From: Octopus sinensis
Taxonomy: Eukaryota
Length of the DNA stretch: 64,000 bases
Reading direction: 5' to 3'
Assembly: GCF_006345805.1 (NCBI RefSeq)
Contig: NC_043001.1
Coordinates: 77,004,001 to 77,068,000 of the forward strand
The notes beneath the pieces were generated by a model that saw only the letters and a list, made by a program, of their open reading frames with translations, did no database searches and was not told where the DNA came from. This document shows positions 13,435-26,800 of this stretch, piece after piece (the first letter of the stretch is position 1; each line of letters opens with the position of its first letter). The position numbers and the translations under genes are program-made.

Positions 13435-13472
<38 letters not shown>

Positions 13473-13636
13473 AATAGTATGAATTATAAATTCAGAGAAT
13501 CATGAAGCTATCACAGTAGGCACCTCATTCAGAATAGGCTATCAGTTTGTAATGTGTCTCTGAAAATCCCCAAAATCCAAATGATAAATTTTTCATTATC
13601 TCTCACACCACCTGGTTTTATGATTTACATATATAT

Positions 13637-13680
<44 letters not shown>

Positions 13681-14814
13681 GCTTACACACAGGCATGTAT
13701 GTGTGTACATGCATGTATGTGTGTTTGTATATGTGTTGGTATATATATTCATAATTATATGCTAGTAAATAACAGGAAAATTGAGTCCTTAGTATCAGGA
13801 ATTGGATAAAAATTACTTTTGAAATAGAATTTATTAACTTTCTGGCACCCAAGGTTTCACGATGACAGAAAACACCATTTATTCAACCAAAATTCAAATC
13901 ACAAAAGACATTGTAATATGCACACACACATACACACACACACACACATGCATCTCTTCATATTATCAACCATTCTGTTTGTCTTCCATCCATCTACATA
14001 TCTTTATCTATCTATCTGTTTTCCAACCTACATTCCTATCTCACTATCTATCTTTTTTTTTGTCTTTTCACTGGCCCTTCATCTGTCTGTTCTCTCAAAT
14101 CTTTGAAAATGAAAAAAAAAATTATTATTATAACACATCCTTTTTCTCCTAAACAATCATTATTTCAAAACTTATTAACTATGATCTCACTTCACATTCG
14201 CTACCTCTATGGGTAAGTTCTTTGTGCTAAGGATCGTTGTGGTAAATGCTCTCCGTTAAGGCACCCTAACCAATCACCACCACAGAATCATCTTGCTCCA
14301 TGCCCACCCCACAAGACAAAGAGACAATTGTAATTTTGAGTGATTTGAATTTTTGTTTTGATTTTTAATGCCACTCTCCCACTACCACCACCTCCTCCTC
14401 CTCCTAAACCTGAGAATTTTGTTTGTAATTTCAATATATAAAATCAATTTTTTTTTATTTAATTTTTTAAAAATCAAAAAAAGAAAAAGGCAGAAATCAA
14501 AAACAAAAAAATTAAATTTCAAGCTCATTTTTTTCCCCCCACTTCATTTGAAAAGAAAAATTATGAATATAAAATAAAATTTTAAATCTAAAATAAATCT
14601 TGAAATATAAAAAAAAAAAAAGAATAATGAAATAACTAATAAATGTATTGTTTAAAAAAATGATATAAATAAATATATATATATGTAAAATAAAAGACAA
14701 ATATAATATTTTTGTGATTGTTGTTGTTGTTATTGATAGAGTTAAAGAGTTCAGTCGAGTTACAGATTTGCGAACACCTACAGAAGTGAACATACCCCCC
14801 CATAAAAACCATTA

Positions 14815-15142
14815 GTTTCTTCATAACTTTTCAGGAAGATGGATATTTTTTTTAATAAAACTTTCTGCAAATACCTTTCAGATAGTGAAGATTATTATCT
14901 CAGAATTTAATGTGGAAAAAAAAAACTGACACACATCACAATTTTTTTTGAGAATTTCAGTTTCATTTTATAGATATAAGTGATATGCGTCAGTGTGAAT
15001 GTATATGTGCTCACTAGTTTCTTTATTTTTCTTTAATTTTTTCACATTGAATTCCAATAAATTGTAAGCTATACCATCTGAAAGGTATTTTTAGAAAATT
15101 TCATCAAAATATATCTATTTTCCTAAAAGTTATGAGGAAACA
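14815..15142. mobile_element. MITE with ~105-bp TIRs
   Basis: GTTTCTTCATAACTTTT..AATACCTTTCAGAT inverted at ATCTGAAAGGTATT..AAAAGTTATGAGGAAAC. Confidence 0.75.
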
Positions 15143-15177
15143 AAATTCTCTTTTGTGAATTATCTGTAATGCCTTTA

Positions 15178-15585
15178 CTGTTTTTACTCTTTTGTTTCAG
15201 TCATTTGACTGTGGCCATGCTGGAGCACTGCCTTTAGTCGAGCAAATCAACCCCAGGACTTATTCTCTGTAAGCCTAGTACTTATTCTATCGGTCTCTTT
15301 TGCTGAACCACTAAGTTACGGGGACGTAAACACACCAGCATCGGTTGTCAAGCGATGTTGGGGGGACAAACACAGACACACAAACATATACACACACACA
15401 TACATATATATACATATATACGACAGGCTTCTTTCAGTTTCCATCTACCAAATCTACTCACAAGGCTTTGGTTGGCCTGAGGCTATAGTAGAAGACACAT
15501 GTCCAAGGTGCCATGCAGTGGGACTGAACCCGAAACCATGTGGTTGGCAAGCAAGCTACTTACCACATAGCCACTCCTGCACCTA
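15178..15585 (-). mobile_element. SINE family A (tRNA-like head, internal microsatellite, AAACAAGTAAAAGA tail)
   Basis: Head GGAGTGGCT.TGTGGTAAG (A-box-like) and GGTTCAGTCCC (B-box-like). More than 20 full or partial copies in the window. Confidence 0.9.
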
Positions 15586-16159
15586 TGAAAAATTTTCTTA
15601 CAGCGCACACACACACACACACACATGTAAATGTGTGTTTGTTCCCAACCACTGCTTGACAACTGGTGTAGGTGTGTTTACATCCTTGTAGCAAGAGACC
15701 AATAGAATAAAATACCAGGCTTTAAAAAATACATACAGAGGTTGATTCATTCACCTAAAATTGTTAAAGGCAATGCTCCAGCACGGCCCCATTCTAACAA
15801 CTAAAACACAAAAGATCAAAGATATGTGTCATAGGTGCTTGTGTGGGTGTGTGGTAAGAAGTTTGCTTCCAAACCACATGGTTTTGGGTTCAGTCCCACT
15901 GTTTTGCACCTTGGGTAAGTGTCTTCTACTCTAGCCTTGGGCTGACCAAAGTCTTGTGAGTGAATTTGGTAGACAGAAACTGAAAGGTGGCAAGCTGAAG
16001 AAACGTTAGCATGTCGGGCGAAATGCTTAGCGGTATTTCATCTGCCGTTATGTTTTAAGTTCAAATTCCACTGAGGTCGACTTTACCTTTCATCCCTTCG
16101 AGGTCGATTAAATAAGTACCAGTTATGCACTGGGGTCGATATTATTGACTTAATCCGTT

Positions 16160-16595
16160 TGTACAAGTGGAGTGCCAAGAGTACCATCTGAGCGCAGCTA
16201 ACTGGTTTCCATGCTGGTGGCATATAAAAAGCACCATTTGAGCGTGATCATTGCCAGCATCGCCTTACTGGCACTTGTGCCGGTGGCACATGAAAAAACA
16301 TTTGAGCGAGGTCGTTGCCAGTGCGACTGGACTGGCTTCTGTGCAGGTGGCACGTAGATAACACCATTTGAGTGTGGCCGTTGCCAGTACCGCCTGACTG
16401 GCCCTCATGTCAGTGGCACGTAAAAGCACCCACTACACTCTCGGAGTGGTTGGCGTTAGGAAGGGCATCCAGCTGCAGAAACTCTGCCAGATATGATTGG
16501 AGCCTGGTGCAGCCATCTGGTTCGCTGGTCCTCAGTCAAATCGTCCAACTCATGCTAGCATGGAAAGCGGACAGTAAACGATGAGGATGATGTAC
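16160..16595 (+). mobile_element. Family D: RTE 3'-UTR-derived element with ~54-bp internal tandem units and (ATG)n tail
   Basis: Repeated GTGGCAC.TAAAAAGCACCATTTGAGCG..TTGCCAG, then GCGTTAGGAAGGGCATCCAGCTG..AAACGATGAGGATGATG. Confidence 0.85.
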
Positions 16596-16675
16596 ACTAC
16601 AGAAGTGCACAGTAACCCATCAGATTAATGTAAAATTGTTTTTATTGTAGCTGAACATAAAAACAAACGTGTGTG

Positions 16676-16709
<34 letters not shown>

Positions 16710-16740
16710 TATATAAAGAGGGAGAGAGAAGGAGAGAATG

Positions 16741-16975
16741 TGAAGGGTTAGTTCACTGATGATTTAAAGCAATAGGTATACTGCATAAGTCTTATAATTT
16801 GTCATCTGTTAGGTTCCAAGCTCAAAGATAAGGTTCATACTAGAGATCTATAGTAGGCTTCTGAGTCAGCAGGTATATATTAAAGGAAAACAAAACCAAG
16901 GCAGGACGAGTATCTCAGGTCATTTAGAATATTTAATTAGAGTAAGGTGAATCAAAAAAGGAGAAGTAGAAGTAA
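16741..16975 (+). mobile_element. Unclassified repeat family F, possibly Penelope-like; inverted homologue at ~20240-20500
   Basis: CACTGATGAT.TAAA.CAATAGGTA.ACTG..GAGTCAGCAGGTATA..AAAACCAAGGCAG is shared with the reverse complement of 20240-20500. Confidence 0.6.
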
Positions 16976-17047
16976 TGTATATATGTATGTATGTATGTAT
17001 GTAATGAAGAAGTACATGGTATAGTTATCCACTTTATACAACTAATT

Positions 17048-17137
17048 AACTCTGATGAGAGAAGTATAGATAATCGCTATGGTTGGAGTTAGCTCGCCCA
17101 CACCAACCTATATCTTCCTGAAATGGCTGTCAGACTT
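17048..17137 (+). ncRNA. Degenerate hammerhead motif with long stem II
   Basis: CUGAUGA, then GAGAAGUAUAG/CUAUAUCUUCCU and GGUUGG/CCAACC pairings, then GAAA-UGGCU-GUC^. Stem I is poor. Confidence 0.45.
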
Positions 17138-17249
17138 TGTACTTATTCAGGATTCCTCTTATACTAACTTTCTCATCTACCCTCCTTATTGCTTCTAATA
17201 CAGACATTCAACCATGCAAGTACATGTATGTATTTATATTTATCATCAT

Positions 17250-17720
17250 CATCAAGAGCACCATCTGAGCATGATCATTGCCTGGAGCACTAAGAGCACC
17301 ATCCGAGCATGGTTGTTGCCAGAGAAGCTAACTGGCTTCCATACAGATGGTATGTAAAATGCACCAATCAAGTTTGATCATTACCAGCATCGCCTTACTG
17401 GCACTTGTGCCAGTGGCACATGAAAAAACATTCGAGTGAGGTCGTTGCCAGTGCCACTGGACTGGCTCCTGTGCAGGTGGCATGTAAAACACCATTTGAG
17501 CGTGGCCATTGCCAGCACCACCTGACTGACCCTCGTGCTGGTGGCATGTAAAAGCATCCACTACACTCTTGGAGTGGTTGGCGTTAGTAAGGGCATCCAG
17601 CTGTAGAAACTCTGCCAGATCAGATTGGAGCCTGGTGCAGCCATCTGGTTCGCCGTCCTCAGTCAAATCGTCCAACCCATGCTAGCATGAAAGCGGATGT
17701 TAAACGATGATGATGATGAT
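17250..17720 (+). mobile_element. Family D copy
   Basis: Colinear with 16160-16595. Further - strand copies at ~13135-13400, 19875-19985, 29165-29370, 29925-30065 and 48260-48440. Confidence 0.85.
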
Positions 17721-18624
17721 GCTGATGATATATATATATATATATATATATAGATAGATAGATAGATAGAATGATAGAGAGAAAGACGGACAGATAGATA
17801 GATAAAGATAGTTATAACCAGTTTATAGGGCTACTCAGGGTTTTGTGTCAAGGAAGTCTTAGTGTTACAATTTCACATGAGACCCTACTTCAATATGATA
17901 GGCCACTGGCCATTGACAAAATGCTGTGAAGCTAAACAGTTTATAGATGCAAAACCCTGGGCAACCCTATCAACTGGCCATAACTATCTTTATCTAAATG
18001 CTTTACTGCTCTATAACTTAGTATGCTTCTCTTTCAGATTTATAATTAACATGGTGGGAAAAAGCTTAGCAGCATTTTGTCCATCTTTATGTCCTAAGTT
18101 CAAATTCTGTCATGGCCAACTTTGCCTTTCATCCTTTTGGGGTCAGTAAGATATACCAGTTGAGCACCCTTTGCCAAAATTGTTGGCTTTGTGCCAAAAT
18201 TCAAAGCCAAGTTACATGTATGCACATATATATCATTGAAAACAGCTTAGAGATCTATACAAATCAAATATTTATATATAAAAGATGGAGGTGGAAATAA
18301 CATAGAAGTAATTTTAAGACATCTTAATTTAAGAGGGAATTTAATAAAAATAAAAATGATTTAAAAAATATTACCGGTTTCAATGTACCTCATCATATCA
18401 AATATGTATCTTGTCTTATCAAGATGTATCTCATCTTAGCAAGCATATAAACACATGTTCTTGAGCCCAGACAGAAGTTAAACTGTTTTTAATTCAAACT
18501 TCTTTAAATTTTTACTGATATTTGATAATATTTTCTTTATATCATTTTAAAATCATTTGTATTAAATTCCCTTTTAGATAGAAATATCTTAGACTTGACT
18601 TACCTCTGTGCTGTTTCCACTTCA

Positions 18625-18707
<83 letters not shown>

Positions 18708-18978
18708 TGTGTATTCTTTTATTCTTTTACTCTTTTACTTGTTTTAGTCGTTTGACTGCAGCCATGCTGGAGCACCACTTTTAGTGAAGTAAATCAACCC
18801 CAGGACTTATTCTTCATAAGCCTAGTGCTTATTCTATCAGTCTCTTATGCTGAACCGCTATGTTACAGGGCCGTAAACACACCAGCGTCGGTTGTCAAGC
18901 AATGTTGTGGGGATAAATACAGACACACAAACATATACACACATATACAAGCATACATACATACATACATACATATAT

Positions 18979-19258
18979 ATATATTTGAAGAAAAGAAGGG
19001 TAAAAATACCGCTATCTAAGAATTAAAGCAAAAGCTTCAAAAAACCACCAAGTCTACGATAAATACACATACAAGCAATGAAATGAATATTTTTAAAAAT
19101 AGGCCTACCACCATGATGGAATTTGAAGGCAGGCCTATTTTTTAAAATATTCATTACATTGCTCATGTGTGTATTTATCGTAGACTTGGTAGTTTTTTGA
19201 AGCTTTTGCTTTAATTTTTAGCAAGTGGTATTTTTACCCTTCTTTTCTTCAAATATAT
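18979..19258. mobile_element. Foldback MITE (~128-bp near-perfect arms, ~24-bp spacer)
   Basis: ATATATTTGAAGAAAAGAAGGGTAAAAATACC... is mirrored by ...GGTATTTTTACCCTTCTTTTCTTCAAATATAT; TA-rich flanks. Confidence 0.85.
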
Positions 19259-20790
19259 CTGTTCAGGTAGAAGTCTTGCTAGCCACCTCATTATTACTGT
19301 TTAATACTTCACAGTAATAATACTTCAATATTTACTTTTATATACATATATATATATAATATATATATATATATAAGCTTTTTTCAGTTTCCGTCTACCA
19401 AATCCACTCACAGGGCTTTGGTTGGCCCGAGGCTATAGTTGAAGACACTTGCCCGAACCCAGAACCATGTGGTTGGTAAGCAAGCTACTTACCACACAGC
19501 CACTCCTGCTCCTATATATTTAGATGTATATTTTAAGAAGTAAAAGAGATTAAATCCAGGCAAATAGCTATAAAGCACTCAGTGTTAAACAAATTTGGTA
19601 AACTATATGCAACCATCAGATACCAATAAATGCAAGGTAATTCTTCATGTATGACAAGTTAATCCAAATATCGCTTGGAAGAATTTCAAGAAATTTGGAT
19701 TATAAGACAACAAGAGTAAGAATGGAGAAAATCACATCTTTAATTGATGCTGACACCATACAATGCCAACCAGCAGCAATGTATGCTGTAATCACCAATT
19801 AAAGATGTGATTTTCTTTACTGTTATTTTTGTCTCACACATACACACACACACATACACACATGTATGTATATATATCATCATCATCATTGTCGTTTAAT
19901 GTTTGTTTTTTATGCTGGTATGGGTTGGACAGTTTGACTGAGGACTGGTAAGCCAGAAGGCTGCACCAGGCTCCAATCTGAGCTGACACATATACACACA
20001 CACATATATATACACGATGGGCTTCTTTCAGTTTTCGTCTACCAGATCCACTCACAAGGCTTTGGTTGGCCCGAGGCTATAGTAGCAGACGCTTCCCCAA
20101 GATGCCACGCTGCAGGACTGAACATGGAACCATGTGGTTGGGAAGCAAGCTTCTTCCCACACAACCACTCATTTTGAATATTTTAATTAAAGTAAAGGTA
20201 AGTGAAAATAAGAAAAAATAGAATTGAATAGACACTATTTACCTCTATTTACTTCTATTTTCTCTTACTTTCCTTCACTTTTACTTTAATTAAAATACTT
20301 TTAAATGATCTGATAAGCTTGTTCTGCCTTGGTTTTATTTTCCGTCTCCTTTTCCCTTAATTTATACCTGCTGACTTGGAAGCCCGCAACAGATCCTTCG
20401 CTCAAGCCTCTGTTGTAAACCTGGATCCTAATGGATTACCAATTACAGCACTTACACAGTGTACCTATTGGTTTAGATCATCAGTGACCTGAACCCTTCT
20501 TATTCATATATATATACACATAGGTGCAGGAGTGGGTGTGTGGTAAGTTGCTTGCTTACCAACCACATGGTTCCGGGTTCAGTCCTACTGCATGGCACCT
20601 TGGGCAAGTGTCTTCTACTATAGCCTCGGGCCGACCAAAGCCTTGAGTGCATTTGGTTGGCGGAAACTGAAAGAAGCCCGTTGTATATATGCACATATAT
20701 GTGCGTGTATATGTTTATGTGTCTGTGTTTGTCCCCCTAGCATTACTTGACAACCGATGCTTCTGTCTTTATGTCCCTGTCACTTATATA

Positions 20791-21160
20791 TCATTTGACT
20801 GCGGCTATGCTGGAGCACCGCCTTTAGTCAAGCAAATCGACCCCAGGACTTATTCTTTGTAAGCCTAGTACTTATTCTATCAGTCTCTTTTGCCGAACCA
20901 CTAAGTAATGGGGATGTAAACACACCAGCATCGGTTGTCAAGCGATGTTGGGGGGACAAACACAGACACACAATACATACATACATATATACATATAACA
21001 GGCTTCTTTCAGTTTCCATCTACTAAATCCACTCACATGGCTTTGGTCAGCCCAAGGCTATAGCAGAAGACACTTGCCTAAGGTACCACGCAGTGGGACT
21101 GAACCCAGAACCATGTGGTTGGTAATGAAGCTACTTACCACACAGCCACTCCTGCACCTA
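20791..21160 (-). mobile_element. SINE family A copy, tail-to-tail with a + copy at ~20520-20780
   Basis: Near-identical to 15178-15585 and 25585-25985. Confidence 0.88.
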
Positions 21161-21654
21161 TATATGTATGTATATATCTTTATTTTTTTATCTGCTTCAG
21201 TCATTAGACTGCAGCCATGCTGGGGCACCACCTCAAAGAATTTTAGTCAAATGAACTGACTCCAATACTTGAGAAATATAAAGAAAAATTATTCAGAAAA
21301 CAAAAACTTGATGGTTCAGGAATGGTCCAGAAGTCATTAGAGAGTACCAAAGACGTGATACAAATCCTATTGCCAATGTCTTGGCTGGTTACTGGAATAA
21401 ACTATTTAATCTAACCATCCATGCACTTATATTTTTGTACTGAGTTCAAATCCTACTAGTGGATTGGGTTCGACTTCACCTTTTTATTTTAAAAGTTTTT
21501 ATGCTTTGTTATTTGTTTTTGTTGTTACATGTCAGTACTAGTCATATACTTGGGGAACAGACTTGATATAGTCCTCTGTCAACTATATCATTCTCTCCAC
21601 ATAGATAATTCTAGTCCACAGCTAATGTGAGGAGGAAAATCAAATAAATGCAAC

Positions 21655-22190
21655 CACAAACACCACCACCACTGCCGCTACCACCACCACCACTACCACC
21701 GCCGCCATCACCACTATTACTACTACTACTATTTAGAAACTAATGAGCCATACAGAGTTAATCAATCTATGGAGGCAAACATAGACCAACACTATCCCTG
21801 TTGCCACCCCTTGCTAGCACCACTACAACCCCAACCACCACCATCATCACTGTCGCTATCATTTCTAGTACCATACCATCACAATTACTATCGTTGCTAT
21901 CACCCCACCATCACCATGATCACCATGATCACTAAAACTACCACTACCACCGCCTTCACCAAAACCTTACCACCACCACCACCACTACTACCACCACTAC
22001 TACTACTACTACTACTACTGCTGCTGCTGCTACTACTATAGTCATTATTTTCGATCTGCCACTACCTCCACCACCACTGTTACCATTTTCAGCACCACCC
22101 CAACGTCACCAGTACCAAGACCCTATCAATACTCACTATGACTACTACTACAGCTGTTTTACTTCCAACCCTACCCCCACCACTGCAAGG
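21655..22190. repeat. (CAC/CTA)n low-complexity tract
   Basis: Directly visible. Confidence 0.85.
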
Positions 22191-23124
22191 ATCATTTCTC
22201 ATAAATAGATGCTGTCACATGTCCATGACCTTCAAACTTTCTCCCCAAATAACCAACACCACACTCCATCCCCTACACCACACTTGAGCACAACAGCCAA
22301 CAAAGGGACCCCTTATATGGTTATTCAGCCTTGAAATAACAGCCAAACTCCACTCTAATCCCAGACATTATTGTTTTAACAAAAAAGCAAAAAAAAAAGC
22401 AGGCAAGGTTGTGTAGTAAGATGCTTGCTTCCCAACCACATGGTTCTAGGTTCAGTTCTACTGCATTGCACCTTGGGCAAGTATCTTCTACTATAGCCTC
22501 AGGCCAGCCAAAACCTTGTGAGTGGATTTGGTAGATGGAAACTGAAAGAAGCTCATCATGTTTGTGTGTGTGTGTGTGTGTGCATGTTTGTCCTCCACCA
22601 CTACTGGACAACCACTTGAAACCTAGCAGTTCAGCAAAAGAGATCAATAGAATAAATACCAGGCTTAAGAAGAAAAACATACAGTCGATTCATTTGAATT
22701 CGTTTGCAGGTGATGCCCCAGTATGGCCAAAGTTTAATGACTGAGGCAAGTAAAAGCTAAAAGATAAAAGCATAGGGGAAAATACAGGATGGTCACAGCT
22801 GGAATGCCTTTCATTGTAGGTCTGCTTGTGCACAATCAGGGATTGACCAGGGGCTAAATAATATGGACAGCAGCTAGACTTCTTTCCAAACTTTCTTCCT
22901 CCTCATTGCATCTCTTACATCATTCCAGTCGGCTCTGCTCCACCCAACTACACCCTGCTCCGGTCCATTCTGCTCCAGACCACTTGACCAAATTTGTATT
23001 TCACAGTTGAGTGGACATAACTAAATTTCCTCCTCGTTCCATCCCCATCTCTCCATCCTTTTTCTTCTTCCTTCTTTTTCAGTTTCCCCTTTATCCTTCT
23101 TCTGACTTCATAGCATTCTTTTAT

Positions 23125-23148
23125 ATTGAAGCCACCATCATTTCCACC

Positions 23149-23179
<31 letters not shown>

Positions 23180-23580
23180 CTGCCATCACCACTACTGCTA
23201 CCACCACCACCACCACTGCTATTGCTACCACTACTATCACTACCACAGCCAAGCATCATTAGCACCACAACCACCACTATCACAGTCTCCACCACCACCA
23301 TCACCACCATCATCATCATCACCACCACTGCTATCACTACCACCACCATCACTACCACTGCCATCACTACCATAGCCAAACACCATTAGCACCACAACCA
23401 CCACCATCACAGCCTCCATCACCACCACAACCACTATCACCACTACCAATGCCACCAGCAGCAGCAGCAGCACCACCACCACCACAACTAGCACTACCAC
23501 CATCAGCACCACCACCACCACAGCCAGTAGCACCACCACTGTAACCACCACCACCACCACCACCACACACGTACCACCAC
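23125..23580. repeat. (CAC/CAT/TAC)n tract with ~126-bp internal duplication
   Basis: AGCCAA.CA.CATTAGCACCACAACCACCAC occurs at ~23247 and ~23373. Confidence 0.9.
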
Positions 23581-23733
23581 ATTAATAATAAAAATTCCTT
23601 TCCAAGTTAGGAACAAGGCCACCAATTTGTTCATACTCAATTAGAATCGACCAGTAGTTGATAGCTACTTTATTTTTATTGATCCCACGAAGGATGAAAA
23701 GGAAAGCAAAACCCTCACCAGCATTTGAACTCC

Positions 23734-23773
<40 letters not shown>

Positions 23774-24119
23774 TGAGATGTATTTCAGAATGATTTCTCA
23801 CAGACACAAGGGGTCTGCTCGATTAAATCAAACATCACTACTTAACTAATACTTTATTTTATCGACCCCCCCCCTTCCAATGAAGGGGAGGAAAAACAAA
23901 GGCAACCCCAGTGGGATTTCAACTCAGAAAAATAAAGGAATGTTTAACAAACTACTACAAGGCATTTTTTCCCCAAAGTTTGCTGTCCAACCACATAGTT
24001 CTGGGTTCAGTCCCACTGTGTGGTACCTGGAGCAAGTGTTTTCTATTATGGCCTCAGGCTGACTAAAGTCTTGCGAGTGAATTTGGCATATAGAAACTGA
24101 AAGAAGCCTGACGTATACA

Positions 24120-24510
24120 GGCATGGCTGTATGGTAAGAAGCTTGCTTCCCAACCACATGGTTGTGAGTTCAGTCCTGCTGCATGGCACCATGGCAAGTG
24201 TCTTCTACTACAGCCTTGGGCCAACCAAAGCCTTGTGAGTGGATTTGGTAGATGGAAACTGAAAGAAGCCTGTCACATATATATTCATATGTATATATTT
24301 ATGTGTCTTTGTTTGTCTCCTGCCATCACTTGACAACCGATGTTGGTGTGTTTATGTCCCTGTAACTTAGTGGTTCAGCAAAAGTGACCAATAGAATAAG
24401 TACTAGGTTAATGAAGAAAAAGTCCTGGGGTTTATTTCTTCAAATAAAAACCCTCTTAGGTGGTGCTCCAGCATGGCCACAGTCAAATGACTGAAACAAG
24501 TAAAAAAGAA
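24120..24510 (+). mobile_element. SINE family A copy
   Basis: Complete head, body and tail. Confidence 0.88.
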
Positions 24511-25330
24511 AAAGAATGTGTGTGTGTGTGTTTGTCGCCCCTATCATCATTTGACAACAAGTGTTGGTTTGTTTAGATCCCTGTAATTTAGATGTTTTGG
24601 CAAAAAAGAGGCCCAGAGGATAAGTACCAGGCTTTAAAAATAAGTCCCAGGACTTATGTTCTTGACACTAGCTGAATGATAACCAAGTCATTTTACTAAA
24701 TTCTTTGTTATATTTAAAGTAATAGAAAGAAACACAAAGCATCTCAAAATAAATACTGTAATGAAAGGGTTAAGGTGGTGCTCCAGCATGGTCATAGTAA
24801 AGTGACTGAAACAAGTAAAAGAATAAAAGAATAAACGAAAGATTCTCCTAGAAAGATGAAAGGGATATTAAATTTTCATCCACCTGTCAATTATTTGCAA
24901 AGTGTTATGTGGAGACATCACCTCATATCCCTACACCTTCTCCATCAGCATATATAACCCACACTGATGGGTGTTTTGCATTATTTAAGGGCTGTATTAC
25001 GTTTAAGAAACATTTTTTAAAAATTTTCCTTCAAAGACAAAAGGAATGTTAAATTTTCATTGACCTGTCACTTATTGGCAATGTGAAGATGACAATAAAA
25101 CCAAAGAAGTGTTGTGCCATTCTGGTAGTCAATCATGGTGATACAAAACATTACAGCCAGAAAGACACATTTTACATTCTGTATGGTAATTTGCTTAAAC
25201 AAAATATAACAGCTATACAGTTGGGTTGAAAGAAGACTAAGTTGGAATACGTTTATAAAATGTAGTTGATTTGATAGATTTATACTTTCATACAATGTTC
25301 AGTATATTGTCACAGCATTGTGTTTATATC

Positions 25331-25561
25331 TGTTTCTTTATTGCCCACAAAGGGCTAAAAATAGAGGGGACAAACAAGGACAGACAAACGGATTAAGTCG
25401 ATTACATCGACCCCAGTGCGTAACTGGTACTTAATTTATCGACCCCGAAAGGATGAAAGCCAAAGTCGACCTCGGCGGAATTTGAACTCAGAACGCAACA
25501 ACAGACGCAATACCGCTAAACATTTCGCCCGGTGTGCTAACGTTTCTGCCAGCTCGCCGCC
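25331..25561 (-). mobile_element. SINE family C, full copy with Tx1-like tail
   Basis: GGCGGCGAGCTGGCAGAAACGTTAGCAC..GAGTTCAAATTCC..CTTTCATCCTTTCGGGGTCGATAAAT..TAGCCCTTTGTGGGCAATAAAGAAA. About 15 copies in the window. Confidence 0.88.
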
Positions 25562-25584
25562 ATTGTGTTTATATCTTTTACACT

Positions 25585-25985
25585 TTTTCTTCTTTCAGTC
25601 ATTTGACTGTGGCCATGCTGGAGCAGCACCTTTAGTCAAGCAAATCGACCCCAGGACTTATTCTTTGTAAGCCTAGTACTTATTCTATCGGTCTCTTTTG
25701 CTGAACTGCTAAGTTACAGGGACGTAAACACACCAGCTTCGGTTGTCAAGTGATGTTGGGATGAGGGGGACAAACACAGACACACAAACATATACATACA
25801 CATACATGTATATATATACATACATACGACGGGCTTCTTTCAGTTTCCGTCTACCAAATCCACTCACAAGGCTTTGGTCGGCCCGAGGCTATAGTAGAAG
25901 ACACTCGCCCAAGGTGCCACGCAGTGGGACTGAACCCAGAACCATGTGGTTGGTAAGCAAGCTACATACCACACAGCTACTCCTG
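25585..25985 (-). mobile_element. SINE family A copy
   Basis: Complete head, body and tail. Confidence 0.88.
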
Positions 25986-26560
25986 TACCTTGTACAGAAT
26001 CATTCATTTTCCCCTCAAAAGCCTCTTCAAAATAGCTTTCAATGAGAGTATGAGGAAACATACAAAATTTGTTTTTTCCCCTAAATACTCTTATACAATA
26101 GTTTTCAACTAGCAATAACCACACTTCGGATTTATCTCATTGGCCATGGTACCACCTCTTATACAATAAGGATGCATTGTATGAGAGAGTACGTCTTATA
26201 TACCAGCAAATATGGTAATCACAATGCCTTCCCTACCTCAGTATTCAACTAGTACTTTATTTTTTCAGTCCCTAGGATAAGAAGGCAAAGTCAAACTTGG
26301 TGAGATTTGAACTCAGAATGCAAAGAGGCAGAACAAACACTACAAAGCATTTGTCTGATGCTGTAATGATTACACCAATTCACCACTAATTCCACACCTA
26401 ATAATACTAATAATGCTTGTCCATTGGAGTGACAAGGAGCATCTAGTCATCCTAGGATGATTGATGACTTGTGCAGTGACTTTGTTTAAAGTGATGAATA
26501 GTTGCACATCATCAACCTAACTCTTTTATTCATGACCATCTTCAGTTCAGTTCAATACTA

Positions 26561-26800
26561 GGCCAAGATGACTAGGGATGGAGATGGATGACAAGTAAGA
26601 TATCTTACTTGGCTTATCTTGTTTTCTGTATGGCACCTTCCATTCTGTTGAGCCATGAAGATTACTTAAGCAGAGTTTACTAGGCCAGGATGACTGGGGA
26701 TGGAGATGGATGACAAAGTAAGATGTCTTACTTGTCTTATCTTGTTCTCTAAACTTCCACTCTGTTGAGCCATGAAGATTATTTCAACAGAGTTTACTAG
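26561..26800. repeat. ~120-bp tandem duplication (2 copies)
   Basis: AGGCCA.GATGACT.GGGATGGAGATGGATGACAA..CTGTTGAGCCATGAAGATTA..CAGAGTTTACT occurs twice. Confidence 0.9.

Noticed and set aside
16200-16430. Regularly spaced ~54-bp repeats, superficially CRISPR-like (also ~17340-17550)
   Set aside because: Whole units are homologous with no unique spacers; no cas genes; eukaryotic RTE 3'-UTR tandem repeat.
22948-23582. MVVVV / TTTT / GGGG ORFs resembling mucin or Gly-rich proteins
   Set aside because: Trinucleotide repeat open on both strands, with no convincing splice signals or unique domain.
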